DNA from: the human T2T-CHM13v2.0 reference genome, Homo sapiens
Assembly: GCF_009914755.1 (NCBI RefSeq)
Contig: NC_060927.1
Strand: one strand, 5' to 3'
Length of the DNA: 64,000 nucleotides
The position numbers and the translations under genes were made by a program. Each line of letters starts with the position of its first letter. The stretch's first letter is position 1. This document shows positions 52,587 through 64,000 of this stretch, in pieces. The notes beneath the pieces were generated by a model. The model was not told the origin of the DNA, searched no databases, and saw nothing but the letters and a program-made list of their open reading frames with translations.

Positions 52587-52879
52587 ATAATAACACACAC
52601 ACAAAAGTGCTTGATTTTTAAAATATTTTAAAGTTTAAAAGAGACCTCAAAATATCTTATATAATGACAATAATAACTCAGTGAAAATCAACATGCAGAT
52701 GTGTTAAGAAATTCATGTTTTCCTCTGATATTTCCATCTTGGAAATGAAAATATTTAATTCAATATCTGACAGGTGCATCATACATACAAACCTTCTATA
52801 TTCCTGAAAACCACCTTTGACTTCTGTATATTCTCTATACTTCACATCTAAACAACTTCCAAATCATGCAAATATCATC

Positions 52880-53740
52880 TGATTTATTTAACAAATGTTT
52901 ATTGAACATCCACTATATTACAGACACTCTATAGATGCTAAGACTACAATAATAAAAAACCAAAAGTTATAACTTCTTCCCTCATAGGACTTATAGAGGG
53001 CACAGGCATCAAAGCAGAAAAATACATAAATCTAATTACAACCTGTGTTATGTGCAATGAAGAAAGTTAAAATAATCTATAGTGAAGGGACCTTAACTCT
53101 CTGAAAAATTCAAACAGTTATCCATGAAGAAATACTATTTGAGCCCATCTGAGGAATGAGTTAAAATGAATCAGGAGCAGGGAATTGACTCATTCCAGGT
53201 CCCAAATCCCTGAGGACAAGGGAGGGAAAAGTCAATACTGGTCAGCACAGAGAGTGAAGAGGAGAATAGTATGAGATGAGGAAGAAGTTAGGTAAGAAGA
53301 ACCTTATAGAGTAGGAGGTTTTTTTAAAGAGCACTCTAGCTGCTGTGGACAGAATAAATTAGTGGGAGACAAAAGTACACACAATAAGAACACTTAAGAC
53401 ACCACTGCTACAGTCCAGGCAGAGGCGACAATGACTTGGAGTAAGATAGGGCAGCGGAAATGCAGAAGAGGATAAAATTGAGAGATACTTAAAAGAAAGA
53501 ATCAGAATGACTTAGTAGAGTTGGATGTAGGGAATGAGGAAAAAAGAGATATCAAGGATGATTTCTAGATTTCTGGGATGCATAATTAGATGGGTAGTGC
53601 TACCATTCATCGAGATACAGCAATGTAGAGTAGGACTCAGAAAAGGCAGGAGAAAATCTATTCCAGCTCTGAGTAAACTGAGTTTAAAGTTCTTTTGAGA
53701 CATAGAAGTAGAAATGCCAAGGAAACAAGTATAGAGACAC
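52880..53740 (-). mobile_element. L2 (L2a-like) 3' portion
   Basis: 'atttatttaacaaatgtttattgaacatccactat', 'cactctagctgctgtggacagaata', 'ttggatgtagggaatgaggaaaaaagagatatcaaggatgatttctagatttctgg'. Confidence 0.85.
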
Positions 53741-54559
53741 AATGATTGTAAGTGAAATAGGGGCTTAATTTTTTAATTTTTAACACCAATAATTCAAAGA
53801 TAGTAATTGAAATCATGAATTTGAGTGGTAATCACTATGAGGACCTTAATAGATGGAAAACAAGGGTTTCTCAAAGTAATTTGTTGTGAATATTGGGAGT
53901 AAAATTAAAGGGAATAAAATATAAATAAAATATAAATGAAAAAATAAAATAAAGACACATCATAGTTTCCAGAGAATATTAAACAGAATCACCTGAAAAT
54001 TGTTGATCTATGAAGAGACTTGAGTTAGGATGTCAAATATGACAATAATGTACATTTTTCCCAGAGGATAGAATACTACAAAATAATTTAAACATAGTAC
54101 AAGTCTGTAGACAGAGAAACCTATTAGGAGCTATAAGAATTATAAAGGACTACTTATGTTGTTCTGCGAACAATACAGCCCCTTCCAGATTTATATTATT
54201 AGTACATGTATAACTGGAAAATACGTTGTAAAATACGGCTCAATTTAATCTCTCATCAATAAGCCAATCTCTTGCTCTCATATTCTGTCTACCATTAAGT
54301 ATTAGCTTTACGGTGTAAAGAGGTAGGAGGATGTTACACAGAACAAATAAAAGAGATTCTTGCTCCTTTTGTACTGAAAAATCTTAAGAGTAGGAAGAAT
54401 AAGAGACATAAGAATAGAAAGAGGGTGGGACAGGTAGATCCTGAACTTTTCTTTCTGTGTTTAGCCCAGAGAAAGGAAAGTGTATTAAAAAGTTGAGAGA
54501 AACAAAAAAAGTTGAAGAGTTTTGCCCAATGTAAGTTTTAAGATTTAAAAACATGTCCT

Positions 54560-55390
54560 TTAATGTTAGCTTCTTGTTACCTCTAATTCTTACTCCCAAA
54601 TCCTGTCCCTGAATGAATTTGGAGAGCAACTCCATGGCAAGTGAACTTGGCACCTCAGTGGTTAAGAAATTAAATAACTAATGTTTAACTGTCTTAAACT
54701 GTCCTTCCTATGTTGTAAGGATGTGACTCAGAGGTTTTCAGTCTCCTTGGGATTGGGTGCACAGTATGGAGTTGGAGCTTTCCAAGGGCACTGGGGAGAC
54801 TGAGGAGTGGACACCTTGTCAGGGTCTAGATGAAAGGTATGGTGAAGCATTGGAAAGGGCTTTTTCACCTATGCATGCTGAGAGAAGTTCGGAACCTGAA
54901 GATGCAGACCAGGCTCTGACCAAGCCTGCAGAGCTCAGATCACATGCTACACAGAAGCCAAAATAAGCAACCAGGTGAGCACTGAATTGGCAGTCCAACT
55001 GGACACATACTAGTGGGGAGAAGGCTAAAGCAGTCAGAAAAGACTGCAGTGATTAACAGCAACACAAGCAAAGCCTTTTCTTTTCACTAGTACAAAGTCC
55101 CTCTCATACATCAGATACCACCTTGGATAAGAAAAGGAGGAAAGTGAAAAGAGAAAATTGAAGAATTGAGCATTTTGCTCAAGTGACTATTCTCATTATT
55201 GCATTAAGCTAAGACTACTTTATTTTCTTTTTTTAATTTTTAATTTTTGTGAGTATGTAATAGCTGTATTTTTTCCCTATCTTGAGGTTCAAGAGGCTCA
55301 AGAGGAAGGTCACGTAACTTAAACACATAATAAAGAAGTTACCTTTTTTTAATACATCTGAGGATGATGCAAATCAATTTAAGCCATCAT
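54560..55390 (+). mobile_element. Probable ancient LTR (LTR78/MamGypLTR-like; family uncertain)
   Basis: Locally GC-richer block ending 'aataaagaagttaccttttttt aatacatctgag', which resembles the R/U5 end of ancient eutherian LTRs. Recognised from memory only. Confidence 0.35.
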
Positions 55391-56629
55391 ATAAAGTTCT
55401 TAAAACCTATATCTAACTTGCTTGTAAAAACCTTGAAACATTTTTAGTCCTTTTCATAACAGTGCGCACTTCATCATCATTCTTCAGTTTCAGTATTTCT
55501 GTTTTAAAATTTTATTAAATTCAGTTTGGACATTGAAACAGTAGAGCAGTATCATAAATTATACGGTATCATGTATTCCAATAAGATATGATACCATTAG
55601 ATAAGAAGTGCAGTGCATAAACAAATTCATTTAATATATTATTTTCATTTATTTAAGCATTTTAATCTGGATTAAAATTAACAAATTTAAGAAGGAGTTC
55701 AAAACTAGGATGTAAAAAACTGGACCTATTGATGAAACATTGTTAATGTTTTAATCTTTATTAGTTTGAGATAAAAATATGAGTTTTAGATTTGTAACAT
55801 CAGTAACTTGTAAAAATTCATATGTGTGTGGGCGTCTATCATCTATATGTATAAAACTTAAAACTATAGATAAAAAATAAACTTTATATAATCTTTACAG
55901 TATGCAATTTTTCTTCTGGGCCTGATAGGCTTTATTTAGTCCATTTCATACACTATGATTTCAGAATACTATCAAAATATATGTATTAGTGAACTAACTA
56001 CTCTACATTATTAAACAGCTATATATGTGAACACAAAGGTTGGGATAAGAACCGAATATAGTCATTTTTAATAAAATAGTCCAATGCATCACCATATTCT
56101 ATGTTCTAATTAGGTTCTATTGTGGATTTGAATTTTTTTAAAAGCTCAAAAATAAAGTATTTTTGAAGCTAATTAACTTCAGTAGTTTCCTAGAGACAAG
56201 ATGTCTTATTCCTTCTGTTCAGCAGGTGTGTGCATGTCTTAGGCAAGAATAAGACAATTTAGCTGAGGTTGTATTTGATTAGACTGATTAAATATGCATT
56301 TTGCTCTGTAAAGACAAATTTTATGTATATTAGTTGGACAACTATTTCTAAAATCTTTGAGCTTTTCTTTATTTCATGCTGTCTGCTCATGTCTGCCATG
56401 GTTTTGAACAAAGAAACAAGCTATTTTCCTGAAAATGTTAATATATTTCCAAAAGGTGTTTTCTACCTCATCTATGATATTTTGTACCAATAGAGTCAAT
56501 GCATTGCCCGTTTCACTGTGAGTAGAAAAAAAATTTCTATGTTCACTTTTTGGCTGAAAAATACCAATGTGAAGACTATATATTTGCATTTGTTTTTAAT
56601 TAAGAAAAGAGTAAATTCTTTTGAAGTAA

Positions 56630-56842
56630 TAATTGCAGGTAATGCTCAGAGCCAAACATTGTTTTAAGAGCTTCAAACGCAGTAATTCATTTAATAGTCA
56701 TAGAAAATCTACAAGACAGTTATTATTATCTACATTTTATAGCTAAGGAAATTTGGACACAAAGAGTCTGAATTGCTTGGTCAAGGTACATAATTACAAA
56801 AGAGTCTAACTGAGATTTTTAATCCAAGCATTTAACCACTAA
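56630..56842 (-). mobile_element. MIR SINE
   Basis: 'gccaaacattgttttaagagcttca..taattcatttaatagtcata..tattattatctacattttatagctaaggaaat..ttgcttggtcaaggtaca'. Confidence 0.75.
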
Positions 56843-57109
56843 TCCGTATAGTCTCGGTTGGTGTTCTATTACATTTAAGTACCTCCAGACACTCAGAAAC
56901 CTCCCTCTATATTTTTACAAACTATGCCAACTCAGCTGCCAGTACTTGTCATTTACACTTCTTCAATATTTCTCTCATTAATAGCTATGCTGTATTTTGT
57001 GTTCTAAATTGTGCTGTCATCTCATTTTGCCTTTTTTTTTTCATAACATCTTCATTGTCTTCCACTTCCAATCCCATTTATAAACATACATCAAAATAAA
57101 CATTCTGGC

Positions 57110-57601
57110 ATCCCTTAGTAATAGAAACACTCAAACTAGGAATCAAAGAAAACTTTCCCAGCCTGATAAATGACATTTACAAAAACAATAACTAGCATCA
57201 TAATTAATGGTGAAAGACATGACTATGATGTTCTCCATTGCCACTTTTGTTCAATTCTTTACTAAAAATTTAGCCAGGACAATTAGGCAAGAAAATTAAA
57301 TAAAAGATTTCCATATTGGAAAAAAATAAAGAAAAATATCTCTATTTGCAGATGACATAATATTTACATAAAATCCTGAGAAAAGCACTAAAAAAACTAT
57401 TAGCTAATAAATGAGTTCAGCAAGGTTTCAAGATACAAGATCAATACACAAAAATTTCATTTCTATATACTTACAATGAATTATCTAAACACGACAATCA
57501 GACAATAATTCCATTGGCAATACTATCAAAAATATATAATACATAGGACAATTTTAACAAAAGAAATGGTAAACCTATCACCTGGAAACCACAAAACATT
57601 G
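57110..57601 (+). mobile_element. L1M (MB/MC-like) ORF2 RT-region fragment
   Basis: 'aaactaggaatcaaagaaaactttcccagcctgataaa', 'tctctatttgcagatgacat' (FADD motif), 'aataaatgagttcagcaaggtttcaagatacaagatcaatacacaaaaat'. Confidence 0.88.
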
Positions 57602-57709
57602 TGTGTACAAAAAAATGAATTTTATACATCAAATTGTTGAATAATATGGAATCTGAGTTATATCTCCATAAACTTTATAGATAGATATATAGATAGATAA
57701 CTTTTTTGA

Positions 57710-58626
<917 letters not shown>

Positions 58627-58659
58627 CTTATTTTTTCTCTAAGCTTTTTAACGAAGCGT

Positions 58660-58990
58660 CTGGGTTCTTATTTGCAAATAACAGAATCTGGTGTGATTAA
58701 TTTAGACAAAAATTTTTTTAAAGTATATAATCTCACAGAATCTCTGAAAGGGCTAGAAAGCCCTAATTCTCGTTATCAGGAACAAAGCGAAAGCATACTG
58801 CAGATGCTGATGTAGAGAAAATGCCACCGGTACCTACCAGCTGATCAGCACTCATGAGATGCAAGACAGGATCACAAAACTCTGTTAATGTCACCCTTCA
58901 ACTGAACACAAGTTTTAGCTAGAATCAACAGAATTAATATGTGTACCTTCCTAGAATCCATGTTGAATACCTCTCCTTTCAGAATCTATT
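58660..58990 (-). mobile_element. Old MLT1 (L/M/N-like) LTR fragment
   Basis: 'tgggttcttatttgcaaataacagaatctggtgtgattaatttagacaaaa..tctcacagaatc' resembles the MLT1L-N antisense 3' end. The right boundary is uncertain. Confidence 0.5.
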
Positions 58991-60554
58991 GCTTGTGGAA
59001 AGTCAAATATGTTTAGCAAGGCATGAAACAACTGTAGTCATTCATCAGTGGTCACAGAGTCACATTTAAGCATAACTTTAAAGGTTTCACAGACTTTAGA
59101 TTTATTATTCTGAATAAACATTACTCTCATGAAGATGAACTGGTGGTTGAAGGCCTGTAATTCCCCTCCATCTAGGTACACTGTCATTAGCCATAATGAA
59201 AATGTCTCTGGGTTTCCATGTAAGTGCACATTGTCCACCTTACAAGGTAATACTCCTTAGAAATGAGAATTCATTTTTTTCAATCAACAAATATTTATAT
59301 TGTTCAGATATGTCCAATTTTGCCTTGACAGTTATGGTCCAACAAAGAATTTAGAGAAAAAATATCACAGGTAAAGTTGACAAGGACCAGAATAATTTTA
59401 ATGAAAAGACAATTAAATTATTTTTAAAAATTCACTGAGGCCTTTCATTTCTTAGCATAATTATTTTTCATTATGGTTAAAGTAAGATTCTGGAGCCAGC
59501 AACATAAGTAAAAAAAATCCAGCAAAATTTATTGATGAAAAAATTAGGCTTTTTTTTTTTCAGTTGAGAAACTCTAGAAATGCTGTGTTTCTCCTCCCAG
59601 CACCCACAGCCATCTATCCTGTCCCACAATTCAACCTGCAAACAGATTAAGCAGCTGAGTTTGTGGAAAGTATGTTTGCTCTACGCTAAGAACCCTTGTG
59701 TGACACTATGGTGACACCCCTGACACTTGGAAGAGTACTACAGATGGTTCTTACATGTCAGCAGGAAAACCAGGCTGAGAATTCACAATTTCTTCGTAGA
59801 AATCAGTAGTTGGTAAAAAAGCAGAAAAGATTTTAAACAACTTTTTTTTGGTCAATACTGCTCAAAAGATATAGGGTGTCCTATATTTCAAAAGACAATC
59901 TGCAACTTAAAAAACCTATAAATTGAAATGTTTTAACCTGATCGTTGATGTTTTAATTATGCTATAAAAATTTAAGATGAGCAGAAGTCCTGTACATTTT
60001 AAATAATGGATTTTTTCTTTTTAAAAAAGTATGGAAAGCATGAAAGTTCTTGAGTTGATACATCTTTTCTTGCAAATCTGTTTAAAAGTTTACAATTTTT
60101 TCTATATCTCTTTGCCTCATCTATTCATTATATAGTTACAGTATATAAACTTCCATGTCTTTATAGGCCCCAACATTCACTCAACCAGACCAAGCGCATA
60201 CCAAGCTACCCTTGGGTTTCAATACTGACTTCGCAAACCAGTGGACTGAGAGAGATAACAATTCAAGTTAAAAATGAGTGCAGTAAATGTTAAGCAATAT
60301 CACTTGCCAGTCATAAAATGAGGAGAAAAATAGTATGACAAGGATAACCCTCAGTAGAAGGAACCAAATTATCTGATTGTAGTATTATCAGTCTTAGAAA
60401 AAGTCCTGATTTCGTTTTCTTTTCATGAGTATCTGATGTAATTTTGTACAGTTACTTAAACAAGTCAGATGGATATTCTAGTCTTTTACTTAAAAGTGTA
60501 AAGACTGGAAAACTCCAAGAACCTGAAATACCAAAGCCCGAGAATGGTGGAACT

Positions 60555-60735
60555 GGCATTGTGGGTCAATCATTTAATTACTATTGAGCCTCAGTTTTCT
60601 TAACTCTAAAACAGAAAAACTATGAAATACATCATATGGTTGTTGTAGATACTAATTAAATGAGATACATTTAAAGGATCTAAGAGACTGCCTGGTCTAT
60701 AGTAGGCAATAGATAATTGGGAGCTATAATTACTT
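60555..60735 (+). mobile_element. MIR SINE
   Basis: 'tgagcctcagttttcttaactctaaaac..atggttgttgtag..attaaatgagatac..tgcctggtctatagtaggc'. Confidence 0.8.
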
Positions 60736-61119
60736 ACTTAAGCATAGCATGATTTACATATCAAATATATTTGTAATTATCATTATTTTGTCCGGTATAA
60801 TAGTTTCCTATGAATAATTTATAGAAATAGCACAAGCATTATTTTCAGCACTGAACAGGTGGGAAAACTCAGACAAAATGAAGTTAAGTGATTTAACTAA
60901 GAAGAGCAGGAAAGACAGAGCTACAATTATTTTATCTTACAATTATACTCTTTCTATTAATTGGGTGGGTGGCATATGCGAAGGAAAAAAAGAGCCAAAT
61001 TATAATTGACATAAGAGATAAATTAACAGGGTAAGAGAGGATAGGTTCATTTTTAATCCACAAATCTTTAAGACACCATTTTTCTTTATAAAATCATAGA
61101 CTTCATGAGTATTAAAAGG

Positions 61120-61600
61120 TATTCATTTTTGGCTACCCATGATATCCCTTGTCCCCCATATCCAATCTTCATTTTTTTTGCAAATAATTTTTGGCTAATC
61201 ATATAGCCACACAGAGCAATACTTTATATTCCAGCTTTGCTTGAAGTCAGGTGAAACCATGTGATAAAGTTCTGGCCAATGGAATATATCAGAAAAGGTG
61301 TGTGCAAATTTTGGCTATTCCTTTAAAATAAGGGAACTGGCATTCCATTTCCCTTATAATTCATCTGGCTGGCTAGAATGTAGCTATGACCACAGGAGTC
61401 GGAACAGCCTTCTTGGACCATAAGATGGAAGTTGTCTGTTGAGGATAGTAGAGCAACTAGAGAGAACTTAAGTCTTTGAAAACTTTGATGATTAGAAGCC
61501 ACTACATCAGCTTGGAATTGTATATGAAAGAAAAATAAACTTCTATCTCATTTAAAGACAGAATTATATTTTAATGAAGGTCAGCTCATTTATTCTACTG
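61120..61600 (+). mobile_element. MLT1J-like MaLR LTR
   Basis: 'ccatgtgataaagttctggccaatggaatat', 'cagccttcttggaccataagatggaag', 'gaaagaaaaataaacttctatctcatttaa'. Confidence 0.75.
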
Positions 61601-62579
61601 TTGCTACTATCCCTACCATTATTATATGGGCACCCTTTATCACAGAATCAAAGAAAGCTATCAGACAGGTTCTCAGAAAACATCTAGATCAGCATCTTGC
61701 CACCCCCATCACATATTTGTCAACTCAGGCAACAAACTCTCAAATGCTAGGATTTTAAATACATCTCAAAAATTGCAATTTAATACAATTTCTCCTGAAT
61801 CATGCCTAGGTTTTGGTTTTTGCTTTACTTCTCCATTCAGTAGTAAAAGAAAAAAGAATATATCAATAATCATAACATAATGTTATATCTATGTTACTTA
61901 TTCTAGTAATTTAACTTTTAAATAAAGAATATAAATATTCATAAAAATTATTAATTTATAAAGTGAGGTTTAAGAACCACATGTATTCTATGATGCAGTT
62001 TTGGCTTGAAAATATACATTTGTATATTTGTGCATATTTGTATGAAGTGTCTATGTCTATTCGATGAGAAATTATGAAAGTTTACACAGCAACTTCTCAG
62101 TAATGCCCTTTGGGAGAGCAATTAAAGATAACAAGTAAAGAAATTTGGCTTTTTTATTATATACTTGTGTATTAATTGAACTTTCCAATGAGCAATTATA
62201 GTTTTTGTTACCTATTTTCAAAAATTTGCTTTAACAATTGTATATGATCCCATCAAAAACAGCCATAAACTATTCAAAATACAAGAACATAAATACAACA
62301 AAATGAATTTTTATTATTTCAATATATTTTATCTTATCTTTTATCTAGTTAACATAAACTATATGGAAAAAAAAAACTTCTCTATACAGAGCACTAAAGC
62401 AATAGTGAGTAACCCAGCAGGAACTTCTCCATATTCAAGAGACTAAGAGTAAAAGCAGTGCAGGTAATTGCCAAGGTCTACTGACAAATACTAAGTCAGG
62501 GTATATACAGGAACTGTTTTCCTCATTGTAAACAGCCCAAAATAGGGTGTGTGTGCTAAAAAAAAAAGACAATGAAGAT

Positions 62580-62693
62580 GAAGGAAAAGGAGAAAGGAGG
62601 AGGAGGAGAAAGAGAAGGAAAAAAGAAGAGGAAGAAGAAGGAGGAGAAGGACAAGAGAAAAAGAAAAAGACAGAAGAGGGAGAAGAGGAAAAA
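62580..62693. repeat. GA-rich polypurine low-complexity tract
   Basis: 62580-62651 is pure A/G, with only two C residues through to 62693. Confidence 0.95.
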
Positions 62694-63777
62694 TATTAGG
62701 ACTGAAGAAAAAAATATAATCAGATTATTATTAATCTCAAATGTAACGATTATTTCTGAATAAAAAGATAAATCTAACATTTTCATTAGTCAATGCCTCT
62801 ACTATTCAATTACTGAAAAAAATAACTAAGTATGTTCTTGATATAATTAAAGATTTCATCAACCACGAGCAAACTTCTAAAAAATGTGGAACTTTTATAA
62901 TAAAATAACATATTAAAGTAGAGCTTCAATATATTCAGTAATTTTAATTTTTTTAAAGAAAATCTTCCAAGTACCAAAGCAATCTACTTTGCTTTGCCTG
63001 TTCTCGTTATCTGTCAATGTTTTGCCTGAATTAAACAAATCATGAATAAAATTAGTAAAACCTCAAATACAAAAGATACATAATAAAGAGCTAAAGAGTT
63101 AGTCTATAAATACCATAGTTTGTATGTTCATTGAAGGTAGTAAATATGACTCATCTTCTCGTTAAATTGACCATAGAGGATTGTGAAAAAATTAATACTT
63201 GATGTGTTATTCATAAAATAAATAAATGTTTATATTTTGAAAGTAAATAAAGAGCAACTTTTTTTGTTTTAATCAGTATAGATTGGAAATAAAATGTAAA
63301 TGACAAGTGATATTTATAATCAAAACCCTAATATCTAGATATTGTCTTTTTGAACAAGGTTGTGGGAGGTGAATGCAGAGCTAGAGGACACCTAAAAATA
63401 AAAGACAGAGATGTAATACGTTTTCCTTAATAAATAAATACTGTGACAGAATAGGGTGAGCTTCTGCTTTGATATGTTAACTTTTTTCCATTTAAATTTC
63501 AGTTCTGTTAAATCATGCAGGGAACAAAGATAAAGTTGGGATTTAATTTAGGGGTAGGTTGGAGAGGAAGAAGCAAAGACAGGAAAACACCAGTAGAAAA
63601 CGCTACAGAAACTTAAACAGTAAGAGAGCTAAATTAAAGTGATTAAAATTATTAACTTCCAATGCAACCTGATGATGTAAAATCTGTTGTTTCAAGATTG
63701 AAACTATAAATCTAAAACTCCTGAAGCAATGGTTAGTTAAAATAAAAAAAAAATGAATAGTTTCTACCACACAATAA

Positions 63778-64000
<223 letters not shown>

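Noticed and set aside
62556-62786. K/E/R-rich and F/S-rich ORFs
   Set aside because: Translations of the GA low-complexity tract.

Overview
AT-rich (roughly one-third GC, by eye), CpG-poor, non-coding genomic DNA from a catarrhine primate, most likely human. The evidence is AluY/AluS elements, primate L1PA/L1PB, Hsmar1-derived MADE1, MER1A and ancient mammalian L2/MIR/L1M/MLT fossils. It reads as a long intron or gene desert. I found no credible protein-coding exon, RNA gene or CpG island and cannot name a host gene. The ORFs in the track are Alu-derived, decayed LINE/LTR, low-complexity or chance ORFs. I see no evidence for a new multi-gene system. The observations most worth checking are small. 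They include a dense inverted and nested Alu cluster (1.7-4.5 kb), an Alu with a twin-priming-like 5' inversion (24.0-24.2 kb), an intact MADE1 hairpin of the miR-548 type (11.9 kb), a minus-strand microexon or recursive-splice-site candidate (27.2 kb) and a palindrome fused to a 52-bp tandem duplication (52.45-52.59 kb). There is also an MLT1C provirus with only a stub of one LTR, and several motif-dense repeat-free islands that may be enhancers. Repeat subfamily names and the boundaries of old elements come from remembered consensus sequences and need RepeatMasker/Dfam confirmation.
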